A stretch of DNA of 57,609 nt, the filler included, from Sphacelaria rigidula (taxonomy: Eukaryota), in assembly GCA_964200075.2 (NCBI GenBank). It is 3 parts of 3 records of this genome, joined end to end, with 100 filler letters (N's around TTAATTAATTAA, not from the genome) between each part and the next. Parts side by side here need not be neighbours in the genome. Positions count along the whole stretch, not along the records: positions 19,240 to 38,375 come from CAXNAA020000728.1; 2 more parts are not named here. One strand, written 5' to 3'. The notes below the pieces were generated by a model, which saw only the letters and a list, made by a program, of their open reading frames with translations, was not told where the DNA came from and ran no database searches. Positions within the stretch are counted from its first letter, which is position 1, and every line of letters starts with the position of its first letter. Below, in pieces: positions 26,801 to 37,881 of this stretch. Both the position numbers and the translations under genes were made by a program.

Positions 26801-29800
26801 GACCTTCAATGATGTGATGTTGACTGTTCTTCACGGTATACCGATACGCTTCTGATATCCTCAAACTGATCATGTTATTTACTCCACCACGCTGTTTCGC
26901 CTTATTCATGACCTGCACGTTGAACCGAGCTCTACCGTCCCGGGGACTTTTTCATCCTCACTGAAACTTGTAACAGTACGTTTACGTGGGCCAGCTTCTT
27001 CGACCGTATCAGTGCCGATAACGATCAACTGGAGGGTTTGCTTCCCTCACTCACCCTTCTCGCAACATTCGCGCTTGTCGCACTCGCCGCTACACTTCTT
27101 GTCACCGCGGTTCAGGAACCCGCTCGGGCAGGTGTAGTCGTCCTTGCATGTCTTCACCTCTGAGGCGGACACGGCAGTAGTGACGTTCTCTTGAATGGGT
27201 TGCAGTAGCAGGTTTGATGCACGCGAGATTTGCGGTTTCCGTTCAGCTTGCTTCTTCGACCGCTCATGCTACACTATCCCGACTTCGCAGGCAATTTGAC
27301 CCACTCTTCGAGGTGCTTTACTACACTGTGATGACCAGCGTACTGGCGACGGTGACTAATGCATGACACGTAACGCACGGCACTACAGCGTCACGAGGAC
27401 ATTTCCAACGTATTTGCAGGGTGGCCCCGGCAAAAACACTCAATTCGCGAAGTTCGCGCCCGGCTAAGCAAGGATGATGACAGGGGGGTCCCTTCCATCA
27501 TCATGGTCGCTGTTGTAATGCGTGAGGGGACCGCGTGCTCGGAGGACCGCACCGGAGTTTTCGCATCCCCATGGTAGGGGGAAGGGTTAGGGTTGTAATC
27601 AGGGGCGTGGTACCTGCAAGGACTAGCCGATTGGGTTTGAAAAACGTTGATTCTGTGTATTGAACTGCGACGTCCTGCAAGTAGGCGGTCTTCTCACGCA
27701 TTCCGGCTGTGCTCCGTGTGTACCCTCAACATGATGGCAAGGTATTTCGGAATACTGACCAATCTCTTGCACCGTATCCAACCCGTTTGTTCACAACAGC
27801 TGCAGGTATTGCTCCTTTCAGCCACTCACCCTTCTCGCAGCATTCCTTCTGGTCGCACTTGCCGCGGCACTCCTTGTCACCGACGTTCAAGAAGCCGCGG
27901 GGGCACTTGAAGTCGTCTTTGCACGTTTCCTTCTCTGTAACGGCCAAACGACGTCAATGGATCAGCAACCGTTGCTTCGTTTCGCCGGACCTCCTACACA
28001 CGATAAGTGCGGCTTTTCACGACCAAAATCGTGGTCGACGGTTTGATGCGAGAGAGGGGCGCTTGCTCAGAGGACCGCGCCGTAGTTCATAACACCCCAC
28101 AATCGATGTTTTTCGAAACCAATCGGGCCAGTCCTTGCAGGTACCACGCCCCTGACCCGAACCACAACACTAACCCGAACCCGAACCCCAACCATGGGAA
28201 TGTTCAAATTCAGATGCGGTCCTCCAAGCACGCGGTCCTGTCACGCATTGCAGACGGCACAAACACGACTGGATTGTTGCACAGTCGGTTAGCGCGGGCG
28301 ATGCTTCTCCAACACGTTGCACCCCATCGACAACAGCGGGGCCATGTGTGTACCGTCAGTGAACTGCAATTCGAGGCAGTGCTTCCTGGAGACACTCACC
28401 CTTCTCGCAGCATTCCTTCTGGTCGCACTTGCCGCGGCACTCCTTGTCACCGACGTTCAAGAAGCCGCGGGGGCACTTGAAGTCGTCTTTACAAGTCTCC
28501 ACCTCTGCGACGGACACGGCAGCCAACGGGTGGGCGTCGTCGTCACGCCCAAGCAAGGTCCAAGCGTACTGGGTCACTTCCACAGCAGAGAGAATACCGG
28601 TGAAACCCAGGGTTCTCCATCTAGACACACTTCCAAATACTTTATAATGCGTGAGAGGACCGCGCCGTAGTTCAAAACACCCCAGGATCAACGTTTTCCA
28701 AAACCAATCGGGTCCGTCCCTCGAGGTACCACGCCCCTGACCGTAACCCCAATACTAAGCCTAACCCTACCGCCAACCATAGGAATGTTCAAATTCAGAT
28801 GCGGTCCTCCAAGCACGCGGTCCTCTCACGCATTACATACGTTCCTCTATCGGGATGAATCCGGCAGCTCAAGGAAACAACGCATGTCTCTACCGGTACA
28901 CCTGTAACACAGAAACACCTGTATATCGAATCGGACCAGTACACCTGCACCCCGTCAACTCGCACACGCGTTTACCGAAAACAGAACACGCAATCCTCGG
29001 GCCCAGCGGTGCCAGCTGTATACCATCAGGTTACCGGGTCGCCGAGAACCCCCCCTCATGGGTATGAATGCCCCGTACCCTCTCACGGGCATTGGGAGTC
29101 GTATTTGGTGAAATCTCACCAATGCCCTGCCGTATTGGTTGCGTCGAACGTACTGCGTCATGCACGCGGCCACCAGTTTTTTGTCAACAGCGAAAGCAAA
29201 CTTGTACCAGTTTGCCGTACCACTTGTACACCGAGGGCAAGTGATATCGACTGGAGTCGGGGGTAGACATTGCTCACCCTTTTCGCAACATTCGCGCTGA
29301 TCGCACTTGCCGCGGCACTCCTTGTCACCGCGGTTGAGGTAGCCGTTAGGGCACTTGAAGTCGTCCTTGCATGTTTCTTTCTCTGTGACGACCAAACAGG
29401 CGACGTCAAATAGATCCAGTAGGGAGAGCAAAAAGGGGTTGGCGGGAGGGAGTTGATTCCGGTCGGCAGATCTGTACACAGCACCTGATTCCAGCGCGGG
29501 TTCGCCAACTCCTCGAGCCTAGCACGAATTCCCCTCAAGCACCAACACGATCAGACACAAGCATCATGTTCGGAAGCGTTCGCGGGTCGAATACAACATG
29601 CGTACACTCCTCGGTCGGAGCCTCTGCTTTCGTGTAACCCGGACGTCGTAGTCGACAGAGGGTGGCCCCTTTTTTTTCAGAGGAACACCCTATACCGTCG
29701 AAATCGCCGATCCAATGACGTCAACCGCTTATCGAGAGCGGACCTCGACCAGTGCTGACGTGCGGAGTGGGCGGACTAGGCCAGCCTCACAATGCCCACC

Positions 29801-32800
29801 AAGAGCATGGATATTGCCTCTTCAAGACGTTCCACGTAAATGTCAGCGGAACCATGCACGTCCTACCCGTGCACTGGAACACGTGTTGCTCCTCTCGGAC
29901 ATTCTCACCCTTCTTGCAGCATTCGCGCTTGTCGCACTTGCCGCGGCACTCCTTGTTACCGACGTTGAGGAAGCCGCTGGGGCACGTGTAGTCGTCCTTG
30001 CAAGTCTTCACCTCTGCGGTGGACACGGCAGCCAAAGGGTGGGCGTCGTCATCGCGGTCCAGCGACGCTGACGCACTTTGTTACTGAATAGTGGCGAGCC
30101 GCTTCAAAGTACAGTGAATGTTGATCGCTATTGCTGGCATCAGAGGTGTGTACTCTAGTTCGTTGTTTTCGTCGTACTCCCAACCCTTCCTCTTACTCGG
30201 GACGAGTCCATGGTCTCGACGTCTGGTCAGACAGGCTTCACAGTACAATCTTCTCACACCGGCAGTAAATGCGTCCCTTGTTTTGTGCTGCTACATTCCC
30301 CCCTTCACGACCGTATGCGATATCCCTGCCCTCATCCGTCATATTCAGAGTGGATGCTGTGGACCGCAGCCAACCGCAGGTAGGTACTGTGATGCGTGAG
30401 AGGACCGCGTGCTTGGTTCAGAATACCACAGGATCGACATTTTTCGAACCAATCGGGTCAGTCCCTGCAGGTACCACGCCCCTGACCCCAACCCTAACCT
30501 CAACAATGGGGGTGTTCAAATTCCGACGCGGTACCCCAAGCACGCGGTCCTCTCACGCATTACAGGTAAAGAGTTGCTTCCTTTGACAACTCACCTTCCT
30601 CGCAGCATTCACGCTGGTCGCACTTGCCGCGGCACTCCTTGTCACCGCGGTTTAGGTAGCCGTCAGGGCACTTGAAGTCGTCCTTGCACGTTTCTTTCTC
30701 TGTGACGCACAAGTAACACCAGATCACGAAAAATGTCGCGCATGAGTATGTCATTCTCCAGCTTGCCTCATTCAGCAGGTCCTGTTTCGAAGCATCGTGG
30801 GTGGCCATAGCAAACTGGGTTTGGCACCGGCAGCATACGCGCGTCAGGTGTGCGCAATTCGTGCCCATGACCCAACCCTTAGCCATCCAGGACCGATCCA
30901 GTGGCTTCAACGCTGACGATCACGAGAGTTGCGCCGCCACTAACGTACTACTCGATATCCCCATGACAGCCACATGTTCATGATGTTGTTCCGACTCCCT
31001 TCAGGTCATTCTTCGCCACCAACAATCATGATAATATTGCCGTCTACGACCAACTGATTCGTCGCCGGTGTCCTGTCGTCGTGCAACTCTTGCACTGTTT
31101 CCCACCCAACTGCGATTATCAAACAATGCGTGGGAGGACCGCGTGCTCAGAGCATCGCATCGTAGTTCATGACACCCCAGGATCGACGCTGTTCAAAACC
31201 AATCGAGCGAGTCTACATAGGAACCACGCCTCTAATCCCAACCCCAACCTTTAACTCCGATGCAGCCTTCTGTGCACGCGGTTCTCTCACGAAATACGGG
31301 TTTTCTCGAATAACGTTCCGATAGGGTTTGGAAAGTGGTGGGCATCTCCAAACTGTTGTAACTGTCGATTCATGGTCCATCAGCAACACATGCAACCGTC
31401 CGGACACCGCTCACCCTTGAAGCAACAGTCGTTCTTGTCGCACTTGCCGCGGCACCTCTTGCGGTCGTCGCCGATTGGCTTCCAGTCACCCGGGCAAGAG
31501 AAATGCTTGCACTTGTCACGCTGCTTCGAGGTGAGTCAACCGGCACGCCGTGAAAAACGTGTACTAACGTGAAATGAATCGCGATGCCTCACCATGTGCC
31601 ACATCATGCGTACGGTGTGGTGGCAGTCTCCACACTACAGCTCTGCACCCCCGCGCCACGGGCACTCCTCGTTGCTACAGCGCACTGAGAAGGGCATGAA
31701 AAGCGACCGACCTGAAACCAAATGATCTGGGCGAAGCCACTCTTGTCCATTCTTTTTCCAGCATAGATTTGTGGCCATGGGCGCTAGATCTCCGGAACGG
31801 GTGAATGTGATGAAACAACATATTTCTGCTAACCCATGTTGAATGAAGCCATACCAGAGAAAAGAGACGTTGACCATACAGGGAGCTACGTAAATGAGAA
31901 TTTCAGGGCTCCCTCGCGAGAGATATTTCAACTTTTGCGTGCCAACATGTCTCCCGTACCCAGTCAGCATCATCCAAGCAAAAGGAAACAATGCAGGAAA
32001 ACAAACAATTACAGACGCGGGGGGGCAAGGAACGTCAGTTGTTCAACGCTGTTCCAAGTACAGCACACGCTTCGCCCCCCAATGATCTTAGTTCAAGTAC
32101 ACGACAAGTCTGGTACTTGCATCGCGTTTTCGCCGCACGCGACGCAAGCCAGCATGTGGCACTTTACAGCCACTCGCACACACATAGGCTGGGGGACTGT
32201 AGAATAAGTTAGCTCAGATCTCCGCAGAGGGCCCAAAAGACCCTTCAACAGCGCAAAGCAACAGTCATTTACGAGCTGGGTCAGCCTAGAGGCGGATTTG
32301 AAGTTTGCTGGCTCATGCTCCCGCCAGTATTTGGAGTTGGACCCTGAAATTGGGTAAGGACAATGGATAGGGCATGAAAAACAAAGTCACGCCGGTACCA
32401 AAAGTTTTCGTGAGTCGAAGGCATTTTACTGATACGTCAACTGATTACTGCCCATAACTGATGAAAAAAACTTGTGGTTCCGGCGTAATTCTCTTCTCCA
32501 TGCCCTACTCACTGTCCACACCAATATTCAGGGTCCAACTTTGAATACTGGCGGGAGCATGGACCTTAAAAAAACCGGGCCAGTGGAAATTCGAAATGGT
32601 GTTGCGCAGGCCACTTACCGGCCCGTGTTTGGTTCTTGTGTATTGAAATCTTTACCCCCATCCTTTTGCGGTGCTCGCTCCTTCTCTTCATCGCGGGAGG
32701 GGTTCAGCGGGCTCTTTCCCTCGCCCACCGTCGAGTCGAGTTTCGTGTACCCACGATACAGTCGCTCTCCACTGTTAGGCTTGGTGTTGAAAAAAATCCA

Positions 32801-35800
32801 GATCGCTCCGGGAATCGAGCCCCCTACTCAACTATCGGAAGGTTACGCGGTCTTCAACTGAGCCACCGGGGCGACCGGCTCCAAGAAATAAAGTGGGTCC
32901 GGTTGATTGTTTACATTTCTTCCACTGGTTCATGGCGTTCTACTGTGGTAAAGACCATGTCTTCACGAGAACGCCCCACCCTCCATGAGAAAGGAATGAG
33001 GGCCAATTTGTTGTTACTCAGCACTTTTTCTTTTGTTTGGTATCTCCGTCGGGTACAGAAATGACATGGGGTTTAATCAACGAGAAAATATGGGCTCAAA
33101 CTCTTGAGCAGATGGGCACCTTCCGCTTGATCAGACGATGAATTCGACGTGCGGATATGCGACCCAACTCGTCCGTGTCCATGAGGTATTGCTTCTAGAG
33201 CTCAACCCTTAGACCACGAGGTCAGTCTTAGGTATGCCTGATCCAGGAGGACTAATCTCGTGTATCAAGGGTTAAATCCGTCCCTACGCTGGCCCGGTTC
33301 GTAGGACGTCTGGTTTGCCGCGGCCGTTGTAACGCTTCCAGGCCCTAGTTTGGGTGCGCGGCAAGCGCACGCGAGAAACCGCAGTCCAATCCTTCGCTTG
33401 GTTGCCGAGAAATTTTCAGTTCAAGATTGGCACTCTGGGGTTCGTGATCAACAGCATACAAGAACATTTCCGGCTATTGCTGTGGTGTGTGGGGGGCCAC
33501 AACTTGTGCATATCTTCGTCTCGTGATATTCGCAAGGGCGGTGAACGTGGTGTGGTAGCTTGCGGGTATGTGCCTCTCGAGTGTTTCACCAACAAGCAGC
33601 AGTAGGACCCTAGTGCAACAAGGGCACAACAAGAGCAGCAGCTTCCTCCATCCTCCTGCTGCAGCATGTATCATTTTTTTAGTGCACTATAGATGTGCCA
33701 GGTCGTGATTTTGAGGCGACGCGTCCACTCGTGATTTTTACGGATCGACTCGTGAAGGCCTCATTTCTTCCAAAGAAGGGTGTCGATGCACACCATCCCG
33801 AAATTCAGTGCCTAAAATCAGAATCCTGGTTCCCCCCACATGACCGTTGTACATGATTCCGCCACAAGAAACGACTTTTAATATGGTGCCAAACTAAATC
33901 AATGTCAGTCGGCTTTTCGAACCCCCGCGTTGCTCATCTGTCAAATCGCCGAACATGGTCGTCGACTACCGCCGTGACCATTCAGCCCAGCGTATATACG
34001 TTCTACTGTACAAAAGACACCGTCCGATCCCCTCTGCACTACACTTGCAACATCGGCATGCCAATGTACGGCAGTGCGCGACATTTACACTACACGTTAC
34101 CTTGCGGCCACGGGAGCCGAGGTCGCGATGCGTGTCTGCTGGGTCAAAGTCCTCCTGATTGGCGATTCCGTGCTCCCCGCCTGCCGGCACGAGGCCGCAG
34201 CAGACACGTGATGGAGGCAAACGTCAGGGTTTGGTCAGCGCATGGGGCCACAAGTGTGATACACGGCGGAGAAGAGACCCTCCCTCACCATGTTGGTGTG
34301 TACCGTTCTAGTAGCCAGCTCAAAAGCTGAAATCCTCCCACCGAAAATATCGCGACAAGCGCAGCGACACATCACGAAGTTTTACATATCCTCGTGAGGG
34401 GAGAATCGCCATGCGTGTGATCCGATAGTTTTCCTGTACTCGAGGGTGTTCACACAAGGGACAATGTCGTGACTGCCCACATCAGGGGGAAGAGAACGTG
34501 GGTTGAGTTCCCACCAGATGCGTTCTTCCCTCTCAAAAGAGAGTATTTCCATCGTTGAACGTGGGAGGATGTGAAAAGAATGGGTTCATCTCTCGAGACC
34601 ACGGATTCGTCGTGAGGAAGGGGAGGGGTTTAGAATGTGACGAAAATATTCATGTGCCATTGAGATGTAAGACACGGGATTTTGCAAATCGGGGATGAAT
34701 CTTATACTGGGGATGAAGACCCGGGGGATTAAAATCTTCGTACGTAGCCACACCAAATTTTCGAAGTATGTTTCCATTTCTTCACTTGCTGGTAGCCATC
34801 AACAATCACTACACGCCACAGAAGTTTCGATTCCGATGACCGAAATGTCGGGGTCCCAGGTGAAGGACCATTTTTGGCGTCCGATCGGACGCCTAGAATC
34901 GCCCAAATTTGGAGGCTATGCGCGGCCCTCCCCTCCAGGGACAAAAATGAGTTTCCCGAGGCGTTCAATCTCTCTTGAGCAAACCAAATAATCTCCTCCG
35001 GAGGGTCGCACTTCTCCGGAGGCATTTAGTTCGTTTAGAGGCTCAAATCGTTTTCGCACCTGGAGGAAATTTGGAGTTCGCCAAATGGCCGCGTGTGCGA
35101 TGATGGTAGTTGCTGCGATATCACCCCCCCCCAAAAAAAAATGCCAAAAACTCGCTCGTGCAAAAATGAGCACATGAGCTGGCGCTTGAGCTAATAATGC
35201 GTGTGAGTGCTGGGTGTCTATGCGTCGGTTTCCGGGGTTCGATGTGTCATCTCGTTGCGTCCTATCCGCAGCGGTACACCGATTTCGGACTACCGGTAGG
35301 GAGATTTTGGGCTAACGGCCACTTCCGGAACCTCCGTATTTTCTACTCGTGTGCATGTCTGGGCTCTGATCTGGGCAAAACTGCTTGTCGATAACACACC
35401 CTGGACAAAAAATTACATTGCCAAAAAAGATACTGCGTGCATTATGGGATTTTCTGTCCATATATAATCCTTGTTTCAGAGTGTGGTCGACAACACGCAG
35501 CACCGGTCGCTGTGGGGGCAAACACTTCTCCAAAAGTGACTTTACGAAAAGCGGTTGTCACATCCGATAAGACCCCGCCTGACACGTACACGACAGCCAT
35601 GTCCTCAACCATCCAAGAAAATGATTAGTGCGGATAAATCAGAAACGAGCGATTTCGATCCGACCGCACGTTCTCGACACGAAAACAATTTGGTAACACA
35701 CGCGGTCTCAATGAAGCACGAAAAACACATCTCTGGGGGTTGGCTCAACCCCCAGACCCCGACATTATTAGTCTTACTGGACCATGCATAAACAGCGGAT

Positions 35801-37881
35801 CATCCATGTTGAGGATGGAGATTTTCATTGAGGATGAGAACCCGGAGGATTAAAATCTTCGTACCGACACTAAATCTTCGAAATATGGTTCCATTCCTTC
35901 ATTCACCTGCTGGTAGCTAATTACAACTGCTACATGTCCTAAAAATTTGGATGTCAATAAGCGGAATATTGGGATCCCAAATGATGAAACAATTTCACGG
36001 AGTTCAGGTGATCCGATCGGATCGCCGAAATTCCCCGAAATTGGGTTTTCCCGTAGGACCCCAACATTTCGGTCATTGAAACGCAAATTTGTGTGACGTG
36101 TAGTACTTGTCAACAGCTACGAAGGAATGGCACCGCATTTCGAAGATTTGGTGTCGATACGAAGATTTTAACCCTCCGGGTTCTCATCCTCAATGAAACT
36201 CTCCATCCTCAACATACATGATCCGCTGTTCGTACTTCTTTCACTTGAAATTGATGCCGATTCAGACCAATCTCGCGGTCCAAGGGTTACACGAAAGGAT
36301 TTCGCCAATCTTGGAAAAAAAACTGGCCTACTGATGTTTCTCTGCGGTCACACATTTCACCCCGAAATTCGAAATATGACGCCGCGAGTGACCTGTAGTC
36401 GGAGGCGACAGGGCCTTGGCCAGTAGGTTTCACCACCTGGTGAAGTGGCTGTCAATGATTCTACTTCGTGTCTGCCCCCCTCGCTCGAGGGTTCACGGTA
36501 TGTCTTGGGCTGGGATGATATTATATCGAGTGATGCTCATCACCTCGCCTTGGTGGGTCCAGCTTGTAGCGAGTACCCATGCATCCAAATGAAACTTGCG
36601 TTTTCGAACCTCAGGTGTACAGTACGGTCGACCCCATGGACTCCAACCGAGAGTGTGGAGTTCGTTGGGCGGGGCACATGTCCCATCCCTCTCGGGATGG
36701 CATTATTTGAAATTTCCGGCAGTCGTACTACACAAAGGGGATCAAAGCTTCAGGGGATAGACGTTGGGCAGAAGCCAGACACGGACGACACATTGGTACT
36801 CGTGGCACTGGCTCCACGCAATAACGTGACGTCAAGTCCGAGATGGGCATACTAACGCGCTACTCTATCTCGCGCAAGCTCGAGGCATGCATATGTATAC
36901 CGCAGCATGGTATCATATACCCTGCCACATGAATGAGCAGCAGCAACGCAGGAGCAACCCCACATATTATTATGTAGTCAGCTTGAAGTGTCGAGGATAT
37001 CGTGCTGCGCTGGGCAAACTCGTCTTCTGTACCGACATTTCGCCTTCACTTGCTGGCTCCAGCGTCCAATGTTCGGTCAAAGTGTGGCGTTTCAGGCCAT
37101 CGGTTTCCCTGTACCACTACGGTGAATGGTCTAGGCTGTGTGCGTGCGCCACTCGTTGTAAACTGCACGCTGTTCATGAGCACGGACAGCCCCGCAAGTC
37201 GGCAATCCGTGTCGACATACATACATGTATACATATATACATATATACACGTGTACCGGAATCGCTCAGCGCCCATTCGCGACGAAACTCCACCATCAAT
37301 CCATGAAAGGACAGTTTCATTCGAACAGTGGGCACCTGAAACGAGTGTAGGACGTCGATCGTCCAAAATACCGCCCTGGATGACAAGAGAGGTGTGCGGT
37401 GCTCAAGCCGCATCATCCGCGGGGTACACCAGCACGCTATAGACATGAGCTACCGAATGTGTGTGTCTTTTCATAACGATGCACTTCAACTGTCCCAAGC
37501 ATAACCTGAGGTTAGTCTGGCCAACTTGGTACAAATACAAGAGGTTCAATCTCGCTTCAAGTCGCCACGCGACCCCCGGTAAGTGATACTCTAAATGTCA
37601 GTGATCGGCTGCTCACTCTACATCTCTGCAGCGACACATAGTACGCGATGCGAGTACCAGCAAGCGGGTGCAACGAAAGCCTGCGCGTTGTCAACATCAT
37701 ACGATTGTATACTCGTTCGTATGATTTCAAGACCCTCATCCGCGCCATTACATCACCACCGCTCGGAACAAATCCCACCGCACTGTTCGCACTGACCTTC
37801 AGGTTCAACAACAGCGGTGGATCCCCATGCCATGCCCAGCAACAGCAAAAAAAAAGCCGTTTTCTCGCCTCTGATCTTCAT
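23899..37881 (-). CDS. Predicted secreted cysteine-rich tandem-module protein (~521 aa, 12 six-Cys modules), 14 exons
   Basis: Exons (5'->3'): 37797-37881 (MKIRGEKTAFFLLLLGMAWGSTAVVEPE), 34101-34180 (GGEHGIANQEDFDPADTHRDLGSRGRK), 31415-31520, then ten 105-nt exons 30595-30699, 29909-30013, 29278-29382, 28400-28504, 27830-27934, 27055-27159, 26626-26730, 25861-25965, 25068-25172, 24509-24613, and last 23899-24143. All have CAG acceptors and GT donors with compatible phases; total 1566 nt = 522 codons. Module exons are high confidence; the first two exons and the exact 3' end are less certain. Confidence 0.85.
27514..27703. mobile_element. Telomere-repeat-bearing MITE, copy B (intronic)
   Basis: TGTAATGCGTGAGGGGACCGCG...GCGGTCTTCTCACGCATT with internal AGGGTTAGGGTT. 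Confidence 0.8.
28043..28252. mobile_element. Telomere-repeat-bearing MITE, copy C (intronic, opposite orientation to A/B)
   Basis: Same TIRs; internal TAACCCGAACCCGAACCC. Confidence 0.8.
28643..28837. mobile_element. Telomere-repeat-bearing MITE, copy D (intronic)
   Basis: TAATGCGTGAGAGGACCGCG...CGCGGTCCTCTCACGCATTACA; internal CCTAACCCTA. Confidence 0.8.
30387..30565. mobile_element. Telomere-repeat-bearing MITE, copy E (intronic)
   Basis: GTA|CTGTGATGCGTGAGAGGACCGCG...CGCGGTCCTCTCACGCATTACAG|GTA, 3-bp TSD; internal AACCCTAACC. Confidence 0.85.
31125..31291. mobile_element. Telomere-repeat-bearing MITE, copy F (degenerate, intronic)
   Basis: AATGCGTGGGAGGACCGCGTGCTC...GCACGCGGTTCTCTCACG. 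Confidence 0.7.
32600..32878 (-). mobile_element. tRNA-derived SINE-like element (intron 2 of Cys gene)
   Basis: The minus strand begins CGCCCCGGTGGCTCAGTTGAAG...GGCTCGATTCCCGG (Pol III A- and B-box-like), followed by a ~200-bp unrelated body. No intact cloverleaf is evident. The 3' boundary is approximate. Confidence 0.55.
34671..34910. mobile_element. Half copy of foldback MITE family
   Basis: GACACGGGATTTTGCAAATCGGGGATG...ATTAAAATCTTCGTA... matches the left arm of 41706-42142. Confidence 0.7.
35791..36230. mobile_element. Foldback MITE, full copy (~440-bp imperfect palindrome)
   Basis: AACAGCGGATCAT...ATGATCCGCTGTT termini, arms complementary over ~200 bp, flanks CATA/CGTA. Confidence 0.8.

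Noticed and set aside
24907-30071. Plus-strand hydrophobic ORFs (e.g. LTLLATFALVALAAALLVT) resembling signal or TM peptides
   Set aside because: These are antisense shadows of the Lys/Glu/Cys-rich module exons; the splice signals are on the minus strand.
24509-30699. Metallothionein interpretation of the Cys array
   Set aside because: A predicted signal peptide, aromatic residues and fixed six-Cys spacing favour extracellular disulfide domains. Metal binding is not excluded but is unsupported.
33416-33674. Leu/Cys-rich ORFs as the signal-peptide exon of the Cys gene
   Set aside because: Weak donor and a poor signal-peptide pattern. 37797-37881 plus 34101-34180 fit phase and composition better.
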